The notes under the pieces: model-generated
Told to the model about the DNA's origin: nothing
Databases searched by the model: none
Seen by the model: the letters and a program-made list of their open reading frames with translations, nothing else
From: Eledone cirrhosa
Lineage: Eukaryota
Direction of reading: 5' to 3'
Assembly (NCBI GenBank): GCA_964016885.1
Contig: OZ024745.1
Span: 120,714,001 to 120,778,000, forward strand
Length of the DNA stretch: 64,000 nucleotides
Shown: positions 51,222-63,833 of the stretch, piece after piece
How the letters are laid out: the number at the start of each line of letters is the position of its first letter
How positions within the stretch are numbered: the first letter of the stretch is position 1
Position numbers and translations under genes: made by a program

Positions 51222-51542
51222 ATTCTTCCCCTTCCCCTTTTTACACTGAAATATCAGACATGGGATTGTTGACATTTCTGCCAGAAGTTCAAACAACACT
51301 ATGGCAGGCTTACCAAACCATTTTAACAAATAATTTACTTAATATCACATATTCTTTCCTTCTCTTTTCTTTTTGTTATATATTGTTGTTGTTGTTGCTG
51401 CTTTTGTTCTAGTGTGTCTTGTTTCAAAAATTCAAAGAATGGTGAATATGGTTGTGGCTGTGGTGCTATGTGTCAACAGATAGAAAGTTTACATTTTTAG
51501 GTGTTGGGATTCAACTCTTTTCATATGAATTCTATATTGTAA

Positions 51543-51965
51543 GTAAAATAAAGCTAACTGTTCAGTACAACTGGTAAGAAATATGTGTGTGTTTGGAAGG
51601 CTCCATAGAAGTAGTACATAGCTTCTGTTACCTAGATGACCTAATTAGCAAGTGAAAGGTAGATTGTATGATAGTAAAATAAAGCTAGCTGTTTAGTGAG
51701 TGTGTGTGTGTTTGGAAGGTTCCATAGAAGTAGTTGATAGCTTCTGTTACCTAGATGACCTAATTAGCAGGTGGAAGGTAGATTGTATGATGTTTGTGTA
51801 GATAGAACAATGTTGCATGATAGTGAGGCACAGGTGTTAATGCAAGGTGTGTGTGTGAAGGCTGGAAATAAATGATTCGAACATGCTCTGTTGGATGTGT
51901 AATGAACAATGAAGCACAGATTATTTGAGAGAAAAGCTGGGTGTAATAGGAATCAGATGTTACAT
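51543..51965 (+). mobile_element. Decayed RTE fragment with local tandem duplication
   Basis: GSIEVVDSFCYLDDLIS occurs twice (about 51600 and 51720), followed by ML(H)DSE..W-like remnants. Confidence 0.6.
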
Positions 51966-52692
51966 TGTTATAATAGTGTGTTACACCTGTTAGTATATCT
52001 GTATGAATGAAGGTACCATATTTCCCAGCATCGAATACACTACTTTTTCCCCATAAGTCTCAAAAATCTACTATGTGTCCTGGAGGCCGAAGGTTGTTTA
52101 TTATTTTATTTTTTTTATTTGGCGGTGAAAGTTGATTCCAGATGCTGAACGTCAGAATTGAGATGATAAAAGAAAGCAACAAGTGATGTGATTCTGTTAT
52201 GAAGAGAACCCATTTAACCAATACAAGCATGGAAAAGTAGATGTAAAAATGATGGCAATGATATACACACACACATGATCATCAACATCACGACTGTTTT
52301 ACAGTTCTATCTTTTTGTTAAGTATTATTTTTGTCCAGGTACCAGTAATGCACAGGGACCAATTTAATTGATTTTCCCCTTCCAATTTCAAATTGCTGGC
52401 CTTGTGTCAAAAGTAGAAACAATTATTTTTGTCCAAGTTCTTTGCAAATTATTTGAAAGGTGAAGTTCCTAAATCCATCATCATAGTTTTGAGACCTTCA
52501 CAGTCTCAGCTTCTGGATGAGGGGACATTTGTGTGTGTTACTGCTGCTTTAGAGGAGGCTGAACCAGTATAACTGGTGTAAACACTACTATCAAAATTTG
52601 AACTTTGACTGTTAGATTTATACCTTGTTAGTAAGGTGTTTGTTTTTGTTTGTAACCAGTATATGTTTTTGTGTTTATTCTATTATTGCGCT

Positions 52693-55600
52693 GCATCCAG
52701 TCCACACTGTAAAGTGATTGTGTAGGTGTCACGATAAAAAGCATCCAGTCCACACTGTAAAGTGGTTGGGTAGGTGTCACGATAAAAAGCATCCAGTCCA
52801 CACTGTAATGTGGTTGTGTAGGTGTCATGATAAAAGCATCCAGTCCACACTGTAAAATGGTTGTGTAGGTATCATGATAAAAAGCATCCAGTCCACACTG
52901 TAAAGTGGTTGTGTAGGTGTCACGATAAAAAGCATCCAGTCCACACTGTAAAGTGATTGTGTAGGTGTCACGATAAAAAGCATCCAGTCCACACTGTAAA
53001 GTGGTTGGGTAGGTGTCACGATAAAAAGCATCCAGTCCACACTGTAATGTGGTTGTGTAGGTGTCACGATAAAAAGCATCCAGTCCACACTGTAAAGTGG
53101 TTGTGTAGGTGTCACGATAAAAAGCATCCAGTCCACACTGTAAAGTGGTTGTGTAGGTGTCACAATAAAAAGCATCCAGCCCACACTGTAATGTGGTTGT
53201 GTAGGTGTCACGATAAAAAGCATCCAGTCCACACTGTAAAGTGGTTGTGTAGGTGTCACGATAAAAAGCATCCAGTCCACACTGTAAAGTGGTTGTGTAG
53301 GTGTCACGATAAAAAGCATCCAGTCCACACTGTAATGTGGTTGTGTAGGTGTCACAATAAAAAGCACCCAGTCCACACTGTAATGTGGTTGTGTAGGTGT
53401 CACGATAAAAAGCATCCAGTCCACACTGTAATGTGGTTGTGTAGGTGTCACGATAAAAAGCATCCAGTCCACACTGTAAAGTGGTTGTGTAGGTGTCACG
53501 ATAAAAAGCATCCAGTCCACACTGTAAAGTGGTTGTGTAGGTGTCACGATAAAAAGCATCCAGTCCACACTGTAAAGTGGTTGTGTAGGTGTCACAATAA
53601 AAAGCATCCAGTCCACACTGTAATGTGGTTGTGTAGGTGTCACGATAAAAAGCATCCAGTCCACACTGTAAAGTGGTTGTGTAGGTGTCACGATAAAAAG
53701 CATCCAGTCCACACTGTAAAGTGGTTGTGTAGGTGTCACAATAAAAAGCATCCAGCCCACACTGTAATGTGGTTGTGTAGGTGTCACGATAAAAAGCATC
53801 CAGTCCACACTGTAAAGTGGTTGTGTAGGTGTCACGATAAAAAGCATCCAGTCCACACTGTAATGTGGTTGTGTAGGTGTCACGATAAAAAGCATCCAGT
53901 CCACACTGTAAAGTGGTTGTGTAGGTGTCACAATAAAAAGCATCCAGCCCACACTGTAATGTGGTTGTGTAGGTGTCACGATAAAAAGCATCCAGTCCAC
54001 ACTGTAAAGTGGTTGTGTAGGTGTCACAATAAAAAGCATCCAGCCCACACTGTAATGTGGTTGTGTAGGTGTCACGATAAAAAGCATCCAGTCCACACTG
54101 TAATGTGGTTGTGTAGGTGTCACGATAAAAAGCATCCAGCCCACACTGTAATGTGGTTGTGTAGGTGTCACGATAAAAAGCATCCAGTCCACACTGTAAA
54201 GTGGTTGTGTAGGTGTCACAATAAAAAGCATCCAGCCCACACTGTAATGTGGTTGTGTAGGTGTCACGATAAAAAGCATCCAGTCCACACTGTAATGTGG
54301 TTGTGTAGGTGTCACGATAAAAAGCATCCAGCCCACACTGTAATGTGGTTGTGTAGGTGTCACGATAAAAAGCATCCAGTCCACACTGTAATGTGGTTGT
54401 GTAGGTGTCACGATAAAAAGCATCCAGCCCACACTGTAATGTGGTTGTGTAGGTGTCACGATAAAAAGCATCCAGTCCACACTGTAAAGTGGTTGTGTAG
54501 GTGTCACGATAAAAAGCATCCAGCCCACACTGTAATGTGGTTGTGTAGGTGTCACGATAAAAAGCATCCAGTCCACACTGTAAAGTGGTTGTGTAGGTGT
54601 CACGATAAAAAGCATCCAGTCCACACTGTAATGTGGTTGTGTAGGTGTCACGATAAAAAGCATCCAGTCCACACTGTAAAGTGGTTGTGTAGGTGTCACG
54701 ATAAAAAGCATCCAGTCCACACTGTAATGTGGTTGTGTAGGTGTCACGATAAAAAGCATCCAGTCCACACTGTAAAGTGTTTGTGTAGGTGTCACAATAA
54801 AAAGCATCCAGTCCACACTGTAATGTGGTTGTGTAGGTGTCACGATAAAAAGCATCCAGTCCACACTGTAAAGTGGTTGTGTAGGTGTCACAATAAAAAG
54901 CATCCAGTCCACACTGTAAAGTGGTTGTGTAGGTGTCACGATAAAAAGCATCCAGTCCACACTGTAATGTGGTTGTGTAGGTGTCACGATAAAAAGCATC
55001 CAGTCCACACTGTAAAGTGGTTGTGTAGGTGTCACGATAAAAAGCATCCAGTCCACACTGTAATGTGGTTGTGTAGGTGTCACGATAAAAAGCATCCAGC
55101 CCACACTGTAAAGTGGTTGTGTAGGTGTCACAATAAAAAGCATCCAGTCCACACTGTAATGTGGTTGTGTAGGTGTCACGATAAAAAGCATCCAGTCCAC
55201 ACTGTAAAGTGGTTGTGTAGGTGTCACAATAAAAAGCATCCAGTCCACACTGTAAAGTGGTTGTGTAGGTGTCACGATAAAAAGCATCCAGTCCACACTG
55301 TAATGTGGTTGTGTAGGTGTCACAATAAAAAGCACCCAGTCCACACTGTAATGTGGTTGTGTAGGTGTCACGATAAAAAGCATCCAGTCCACACTGTAAT
55401 GTGGTTGTGTGGGTGTCACAATAAAAAGCACCCAGTCCACACTATAAAGTGGTTTGTAGGTGTCACGATAAAAAGCATCCAGTCCACACTGTAATGTGGT
55501 TGTGTAGGTGTCACAATAAAAAGCACCCAGTCCACACTGTAAAGTGGTTGTGTAGGTGTCACAATAAAAAGCACCCAGTCCACACTATAAAGTGGTTTGT

Positions 55601-55835
55601 AGGTGTCACGATAAAAAGCACCCAGTCCACACTGTAATGTGGTTGTGTAGGTGTCACAATAAAAAGCACCCAGTCCACACTATAAAGTGGTTGTGTAGGT
55701 GTCACGATAAAAAGCACCCAGTCCACACTGTAAAGTGGTTGTGTAGGTGTCACAATAAAAAGCATCCAGTCCACACTGTAAAGTGGTTGTGTAGGTGTCA
55801 CGATAAAAAGCACCCAGTCCACACTGTAATGTGGT
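52693..55835. repeat. 48-bp tandem satellite, about 65.5 copies
   Basis: Monomer GCATCCAGTCCACACTGTAAAGTGGTTGTGTAGGTGTCACGATAAAAA, with three 1-bp deletions near the array ends. Confidence 0.99.
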
Positions 55836-55839
55836 CTCG

Positions 55840-55985
55840 TGATACGGATCTTCTTCTTGAACCCAGAGGTAAGTTGGTGGTGCTGGATTGACCAGCAGAG
55901 AAGGATACACTTTCAGGCTGGTAGCCATCTATACACCAACAGGGGCAGGACAGTCTGACTTCTTCTGGCGACTGGAGATGTCCTA
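55840..55985 (+). mobile_element. Tx1/L1-like APE endonuclease fragment
   Basis: EPRGKLVVLD...FRLVAIYTPTGAGQSDFFWRLE, frameshifted. Confidence 0.6.
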
Positions 55986-56010
55986 GGATCATTCCGCTCT
56001 TTAATGTTAA

Positions 56011-56899
56011 CTAGCAGAATGGCCCGGCGTTGTTCACCAATTGATGCAGAAGTCCTAATAAAAAGTGAAGTTGTCTTGGGTGAATAGGCAAATAATTTTC
56101 CATTAAGATTTTTCTAAAGCATGTAATTGCGTTCCCTCTCTTAAGTTGATGTAGCATCAGCGGTTCGTTGGTTGTATGTTTCAAGTGCTCTTCTGGTGGC
56201 AGTACGTTCAGCATCTTGTGACTGTCGAATAGCAGATTCCACTAACAATTCGTTTGCCCGCCTTGTTCTTTTTCTTGCCGCTTTCGCAGTATTTCGGCCA
56301 AATTTCGAGGCATGACCTAAAAGCAGGATGAAGTACACTGAGACTAACTGGTGGAGTAAGGAGTAAACTCATCAGTGATTCGTGTGATTTCCGAATCGCT
56401 GGCCTTGTTTGTTTATGTTTTGTTTTTGTGTATGCAAAAATATCTGTACACGAATATATATATTAAAATAACAGATTAAAGTTTAAGCAAAGGATCGCTG
56501 CTTTCACCCTTAACGGGATCTTCTGAAACTAAAAAAATCAATCTGTGCACGCAGAAGTAAATATTTTGAAGAACGTTACACACTGTGTATATATATATAC
56601 ACACACACAGATAGTGTCATAATGTTGAAATGCAGACAGCCAGACATGTAGATAGATATTATAAAGGCACAACCTTATAGCTATGTATCTATCTAAAAAG
56701 ACAGACTAAGAAAAAGAGAGAGGGATCGCTTTTTCGCCTAATGCGGTCCCTAGGGCATTGAAAATTTGAAATATTTTTTGCTCAAAACACTCACACGACA
56801 ATAAGTATTACATGTGTAAAGTTTGAAAAAAATCAGTTAGGTGGTTCTCTAGGTTTAGGGAGTCAGACAGACAGACATTTCTGTTTTTAGATATATAGA
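56011..56899 (-). mobile_element. Non-autonomous Helitron (deletion derivative)
   Basis: 5' A|TCTATATATC...(GTCT)n and 3' ...CAACGCCGGGCCATTCTGCTAG|T, i.e. canonical TC...CTAG termini in an A/T target. Internal frame GRNTAKAARKRTRRANE...IRQSQDAERTATRRALET resembles RepHel N-termini. Confidence 0.85.
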
Positions 56900-56900
56900 T

Positions 56901-57305
56901 GACAATTATTTAGTTTGCACAAATACCAGTGAATCACCTTTCCTGTTATATTGTGCCTCCGTTCTTTATAGTGAGTCTGGGCTAGGTGTTCGTACTCAGA
57001 TACGATGTGAGCCACAGTTTCCTCTCTCTCTGTCTCCATAGATCCTACAGAGTGAGCTAGCTTTGTCACCCACTTCATTCTGAGGGCTTTCTCTTGTGCA
57101 TCCATTAGCATTCCTTCTGTAGCTTTTTAAAGCCCTTTTTAACCAGCCCCATATCTGTGGATCTCTGAATTCCGTTTTCTTTAAAAAAGGCGCAATGCAG
57201 TGTTTTTCATGAAGGTTGTTCTTCTTTGTTATTACTTCCTTCTTGGACATCCCCTGGTCTATTGTCTTCTCCCTCAGTACAACTTTGAGCATCAGCTCCC
57301 TACTC
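56901..57305 (-). mobile_element. R4/Dong-clade fragment (family A, homologous to about 59815-60230)
   Basis: EETVAHIVS...LAQTHYKERRH; nucleotide similarity to 59815-60230. Confidence 0.85.
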
Positions 57306-57334
57306 AAGAACTTCTGAAATTCTGAAATTTGTAG

Positions 57335-59286
57335 TTAATTACTGTATCTATGAGCAACTTTTGTAATGGAGTATGATCTTTTGATGCTTTCATGTTTTAT
57401 AATGAGTTTGATCATCCAATCATGTGATTCCCCTAGATATATAGATAATCCAATTCTAGCAGTTTTCAAAGAAATGTCTAACTGGATTAATCCACATCCT
57501 CCTTCTTTCCTAGGGAGATATATTCTATCTGTATCTGCCTTAGGGTGATGCATTCTGTGCATGGTAAGAATTTTCTAATTTTTATATCAAGCCTATGGAT
57601 CTCTGTGCTTGACAAGTTGATGACATTGTAACAGTAAGTTACTACTGGTATGGCAAGCGTGTTTATGGCATCGATCCTATTCCTTGCATTCAATTCCGTT
57701 CTTAAGATTGCTCCTATTCTGCAGTAACTTTCCTTCCTTATCCTTTCCCTCATTGTCGAGTGCTTGATTCCATCTCTTTCACAAATACCTAGATATTTAT
57801 AAGTTTCTTCTTGATCAAGTTATCTTATCACATTCCCTCGATCAAGATTAATGTCTGAACTTCTCCGCAGCTTTCCTCTGGTGAACATGGCTTTGGCGTA
57901 TTTATCTAGTCCAAACTCCATTTTAATATCATCACTGAACTTGCTCATCATTTTTTGCAAATACCTTCAGGTCATCCATGTAGAACAAGTGATTAAGGGT
58001 TTTGTCATCGACTTTATATCCGTGTTTTGTTTCATTGAGCATGTTACTTAATGGTATAAGTGCGATGCAGAATAAAAGCAGTGATAAAGAGACACCCTGA
58101 AAAATTTCACAATTAATATTATCTTCTCCAGCTTCCAGTGATTTTTTTCACTATTCAAAAGGAGTGTCGTTTTCCATGTCTTCATACTGAATGACAGGAA
58201 CCTCCTGACAACGGGGGATATTTTGAAAATCTCTAAACATTTTTCAATCCAACTGTGTGGCAAACTATCAACTGCTTTTTTGTAATCTATCCAAGCAATT
58301 GATAGATTTTTGTGTCTATTATGACAATCTTCCAGAATCATTTTGTAAATCAAAAGCTGATCCTTACAGCCATATAAGCCTCCCTTCTGCTCATTGGGAA
58401 ATAGATAATTTGTTATCAGGTGGTCATATGTATATTCAGTTAGAACTAATGTTAAGATTTTATGCATTGTGGTCAAGCAAGTTATCAGTCTGTAATTTTG
58501 GGGATTATTTGTCTCATCATTCTTCAGAAGTAAGAATGTAATGCCATTAACTATCCATGATGGTATCTTTTCTGGCTCCTTAACCATTTCATTGTAAAGT
58601 TGGGCTCATGAGACTCTGTGAAGGCATTCATCCCAAAATTTGGTATTTTGTCTTTCCCTGGGGATTTCCATTTTCTGGATTTTCTAAAAGCTAAACGCAG
58701 ATGTTCAACTGTTATATTTTCCCATGTTTGTTCCTCAAGGTAAGCTATATCTTTCATTTGTCTGTCTATCCATGGGGCATGTATATTATGAACTTTTTCT
58801 TCAGCCCAGATCTTTTTCCAGAATTCTTGCACTTCCTCCTTGGGTGGTATTGATTTAGCAGTTATTGTTGACTTGCCAGTTTTTCTGTAGAAGTTTTTTT
58901 GGTTGTTTTTGAACATATTATTGTCCTTATTGAATCTAGAGCATTTTTCAAAGCGTCTTATACAAGCAGCTTTAGCCGACATTTTTTGCTCGATTGTTTC
59001 TATCATCATGTCTATGTCGCTTGTTGATTTTATATTGTATTTTCTTTTCAATTTTCTGAGTTTAATCTGTTTAACGTGTTCACCTACTTTGTAGTTTGCT
59101 AAAATTTCTATGTCAGATCGAAGAAGGTTTATTTGGTGATTGATGTTCTCTTGCCAAGTAAGATTTTTGTAGGCATTCCTTTGTTTTTTCATTTTCACTC
59201 CACATAAGTGAGTGGTGACTTTAGCCAATGCATAGTAGAGTTGATTTAGATCAGTAATGTTTAGTTTATTTGTGGTGATAATGTCT
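57335..59286 (-). mobile_element. R4/Dong-clade RLE-type LINE, family B (N-terminal region and RT), disrupted
   Basis: LNQLYYA, WKSPGKDKIPN, NYRLITCL, GCKDQLLI, WIDYKKAVDSLPHSWI, MHHPKADTDRIYLPRKEGGCGL. Confidence 0.9.
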
Positions 59287-59303
59287 TTATTATTATTATT
59301 ATT

Positions 59304-61400
59304 GTTCTTTGAGTCTCAGTCATTGATGTTATTTAACTGGAAAGTTTGTTGAAATGAATATCAAGCTGCTACCTGCAGCCTCAGATATTCAGGACGCATC
59401 GGAGGGTTCTTGCTGTTCCCAGCAAGCATGCCTTTTGAAGTGTTCCAAAAAGCGGGGTTGGACTAATGTTCTTTTACCATCCTTGGAAACTCTTTGAGAT
59501 AGTACCTAGTGCGCCTATGACAATCGGGACGACCTTGATTTCATGGCAGTTCCAAATCCTTTTTAACTCCCACTTTAAATCCTGGTATCAGTTAATTTTC
59601 TCCCTCTCCTTTTCTTGCACTCTTGTGTCAAAGGAGCAGGCTACATCTACAATCAGGCACGATCTTTTTTCCTTGTTCAAAACCACCAGGTCAGACCTAT
59701 TGGGTTCTAATTTCTTGTCCATCTGTATCCTAAAATCGCATAGCACCTTCACCTGATCGTTTTCTATCACCTACTCTGGCTTATGCTCATACCACTTCTC
59801 AGAATGTGCTAAATTGTTTACTTTGCATAGATGCCAGTGGATCACCCTGCCTATCATGTCTCCAGCCTTTATAGTGAGTCTGGGCTAGGTGTTTACAGTT
59901 GGATACAATGTGAGCCACAGTCTCCTCTCTCTCTCCACAGATCCTACACAGTGAGCAAGCCTCCTCCTTGTCAATATGGTGTTTCACCCACTTCGTTCTG
60001 AGGACTTGCTCTTGTGCAGCCATTAGCATTCCTTCTGTAGCTTTTTTTAAGGACTCCTCTTTTTAACCAGTTCCATGTCTGGGGATCTCTAAATTCCGTT
60101 TTTTTTAAGAAGGTACTATGAAGGGATTTTTCATGAAGGTTGCTCTTCCTCCTTGTTGTTATTTCCTCCTTGGACATCCCCTGGTCTATTGTCTTCTCCT
60201 TCAGTACAATTTTGAGCATTGGCTCCCTACTGTCAGTCACATATTTGTGCAGGTTGTTTTTCTCCATCTGAGCACAGTCCTCTATGTTAATATGACCTCT
60301 TCCACCTTCAGCTCTCTTTAAGTAGAGTCTATCGACATAACTCCTCTTATGGAACATGTTGTAGATAGTCATTAGCTTCCTAGTCTTCCTATCTATTTCT
60401 TTTTGTTCCGCAACATTCCATTTCAGAATTCCCGCACTGTACCTAATAATAGACACACCTCGGGAATTCACTGCACTTATGACATTCCTACTATTTAGAT
60501 GTGATTTTAATATGCTCCTTACTCCCCTAATGTACTCAGATCTTATCAATTCCTTCATTTTTTTGTTCTTGATGTCATCTGCCTCCAGAACACCTAAATA
60601 TTTGTATCCCTCTTCAGTGTCAATTTCCTTTATCATCTCATCTGTTGGTACCTGGATTCCGTTGCTTCTGCTCAATTTACCCCTATTCATCACTAGGACT
60701 CCACACTTATTAATACCAAATTCCATACATATATCATTGCTGAAAATATGGACAGTATCAACAAGTACATCCAACTCCTTCTCACTCTTCCCAAAGAGTT
60801 TAAGATCGTCCATGAAGAGGAGGTGGTTTATGGTAAGCTCTCCTTTTCCCAACTTGTATCCTGCTCTCACTTTTCAGTGAGGGGTATCAGGGCAGCGACA
60901 AACAGCAGAGGGGACAAACTATCTCCCTGGAAGATACCTCTCTTGATCTTCACGCCTCCCAAGGATTCTCCACCCAATGTTAACTCTGTTTCCCAGGACT
61001 GCATAGTTTTGCTCAACAACTGTCTGATGTTATCTGCCACATTGAAGATCTCTAGGCTTTTGGTTATCCAAGAATGAGGTACCATGACAAATGCCTTTTT
61101 GTAGTCTATCCATCCCATGGCAAGACCAGTGTGTCTCCTCTTGCAATTCCTCATTACCATCTTATCAATAAGTAACTGGTCCTTTGTACCACGGGACTTC
61201 TTTCGGCATCCTTTCTGTTCGTCCGGTAACAAGTTGTTTATGTGGAGGTGATGGTAGATTTCCTCAGACACAATGCTTGTTAACAGTTTCCACATTACGG
61301 ACAGACATGTCATAAGCCTATAGTTGGTAACATCATTACCCTTGATTCGGTCTTTCATTACCAGAACTGTGGTACCTTTTGTCAACCACTCTGTGCACCT
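59304..61400 (-). mobile_element. R4/Dong-clade LINE, family A (RT, CCHC knuckle, RLE), 5'-truncated with (AAT)n 3' tail
   Basis: [72 protein letters not shown]...IVDVAC..D.RVQEKEREK. Followed by AATAATAAT at 59287-59303. Confidence 0.93.
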
Positions 61401-62810
61401 TGGGTATGAGCAGTGTAGTTTTTGTTGATTTTGTATTGATAGTTTTTTTTCGTAATATGTGTGCAGTGCCTAGTAGTGCTATCATTTGTATGTTGTATAT
61501 ATTTGTAAGTCCTGGGGTTTGGGCTATATATTTGTCAGTGTGTTTTTTTAATCATTCTTAGAGCACCTATTATTATAGGTATTGTTTCTGTTTTCATTTT
61601 CCACATTCGAGTTATTTCTATCTCTAGATCTTTATATTTGGAGAGTTTCTCTATTTCCTTGGAAGATATATTGTCATCTGTGGAGACAGATACATCTATT
61701 AGAAGACATTGTTTTCTTTGTCGTCTTTGGCTACAATATCTGGTCAGTTGGCCTTGATCTCTTTGTCTGTATGTATTGGCATATCCCAGAGAATGATTGC
61801 TTTGTCATTCTCTGACACTTTTTCTGGTGTGTGTTTGTACCATCTTTTTTCTGTTGGTATTTAATAATGCTGGCATAATTTCCAGAATATAAAGGTCTTA
61901 ACTCTATCATGCCTGTGGATATATTCTTTTTTGGCTAGAGCTGGGCATCCATAGACTGTGTGGTTGATTGTTTCTTTCTTATCTCCACATATTCTACAGT
62001 TACTTTGTTTTGTTATGTACTTCTGGTAGTTTCTGGTGGGTAGACTCTGGTCCTGCGCTACAATTAGAAATCCTTCCATCTCAGTCCAGTGCTTTGGAGC
62101 CAGTTTTGTGTGTTTTCTTTGTCTACTTCCTTTCTATTTAGCTTTTTTTTGGTATTGGCCATGTAAGGATTTCTCCTGCCATCTTTTTAGCATGGCATTC
62201 TGGGGGTCAATTTTCAATTTAAATTTTATGTCTTTCACAATTTTTGTTTTTGTTTTTTCTTTGTTTTTATTTTCCTCACAATTATCTGTTAGTCCGGTTT
62301 CTGATTTGAATATTTTGGCTTTGTTCATGTTTCGTGGCTATTTGTATTAGCTTTCCTTTGTTTTTTTATTAAGTATTTTTGTAGTCCTACAGTAGTTTTC
62401 TAATTGCATAAGGCCCCTTCCTCCTTGTGTTCTTTGTAGGTATAATCTTTCTACATCTGATTTTGGACGGTGTATTCTAAATGCAGTCATTATTTTTCTT
62501 GTTTTTCTATCTATTCCAGCCAGTTCTTTTAGTGTCCAGTTCAGAATGTTAAAGCTGTAACTCCTTACTGGGATTGCTAAAGTGTGATGCCAATCACTTT
62601 ATGCTTTGCATTTAGTTCAGTTTTTAGTATTAACCTAATTCTTCTGTAGTATTCTTTTCTAATCTTTTCTTTCATTTGTGTGTGTTGAATCTTATCTATG
62701 TTGTTGATTCCTAAGTATTTGTATGTCTGAGTTTGATCTAGTTCTCTTATCTCTGTTTCTTTATCTAACATAATATTATTGCTTTACACTAGTTTCCCTC
62801 TCTTCACTGT
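61400..62810 (-). mobile_element. R4/Dong-clade LINE, family C 3' half, disrupted
   Basis: YKYLGI, KEYYRRIRLILKTELN, EGFLIVAQDQSLPTRNY, CRICGDKKETINHTVYGC..LAKKEYIHRHD, DREIKANxPDI. Confidence 0.88.
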
Positions 62811-62829
62811 TGTATAAAAAGAAATATAA

Positions 62830-62944
62830 TAATTGTTTCTACTTTTGGCACAATGCCAGCAATTATCTCAGTGTATTACTGGTACTTTATTTTATCGACT
62901 CCCGTAAGGATGAAAAGCAAAGTTAACCTCGGCGGGATTTGAAC
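62830..62944 (-). mobile_element. SINE family 1 3' half (duplicate of 63834-63948)
   Basis: Near-identical to the copy 1004 bp downstream, including its flank. Confidence 0.88.
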
Positions 62945-63383
62945 AAAACAGAGCAAACCCCAACCATAAAAGATACACAGAGTGCTAACCAACAAAAACC
63001 GATCCCAGACAACACAACCAAAAATACAAATATGGTGTTGGACAGATATAGATATATAAAAAGTAGATGATAGAATGACAAGTCAGTCAATCATATTGAT
63101 GGCCTCCCCACAGCCCCGGCAGGCAGAATGGAGAAGGCGTTTCCCCGGAGGATGGCAGGGGTGATGAGCTGGAAGAACCATTCTATCTCGCGAGGCCAGC
63201 TCAGCACCTATGGTGGTGAGTAGGGAGGTAGCCATAGGGCCGAGGACACCAGAAGTCTCCACTTCGTTTTTAGAGTATTATGTTGCTGTATGATTGAAGC
63301 ATATTCCTCAGTTATCCATTTGTCTTTTTGATTTTATTAGTGGTACTTGAGGGTTAGAGTCTGGCCCATTATTTAGATCGAAA

Positions 63384-63576
63384 GGGTGATGGACTGGCAG
63401 AATCAGCAGAGCGTCGGAAACCCTGCTTTGCAGCATAGAGTTACGTCCCTTTACGTTCTGAGTTCAAATCCCGCCAAGGTTAACTTTGCCTTTCATCCTT
63501 ATGGGGTTGATAAAATAAAGTACCAGTAATGCACTGAGATAATTGCTGGCCTTGTGCCAAAAGTAGAAACAATTAT
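63384..63576 (+). mobile_element. SINE family 1, near full length
   Basis: CTGGCAGAATCAGCAGAG...GTTCTGAGTTCAAATCCCGCCAAGGTTAACTTTGCCTTTCATCC...GTAGAAACAATT. Confidence 0.9.
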
Positions 63577-63833
63577 TTAGATCGTTATCATTTTTGTTGG
63601 GTATCGGCTTCTGTGTTTCTATGTTTGTACGTTTTCATTTCAAACTCTTTCTTGTTTTACTTACGTGGTCACAATTTCATAAAGAAAATTATGTTATTAG
63701 GATGATCCATATATACAATTTATTTTTGGTAGGCCTTGCTGGTTTCCCCTTCGTTTTCTTAGTATATTTTTTATATTAATGTAAATGATAAAGAATAAAT
63801 GTTTCATTCACTGTTGTATAAAAAGAAATATAA

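Noticed and set aside
52825-55494. 871-aa and 845-aa antiparallel ORFs (Cys/His-rich CRCHDKKHPVH repeat suggesting a metal-binding protein)
   Set aside because: They follow from a 48-bp stop-free unit derived from a retroelement tail. Frameshifts occur at both array ends and there are no splice or start signals.
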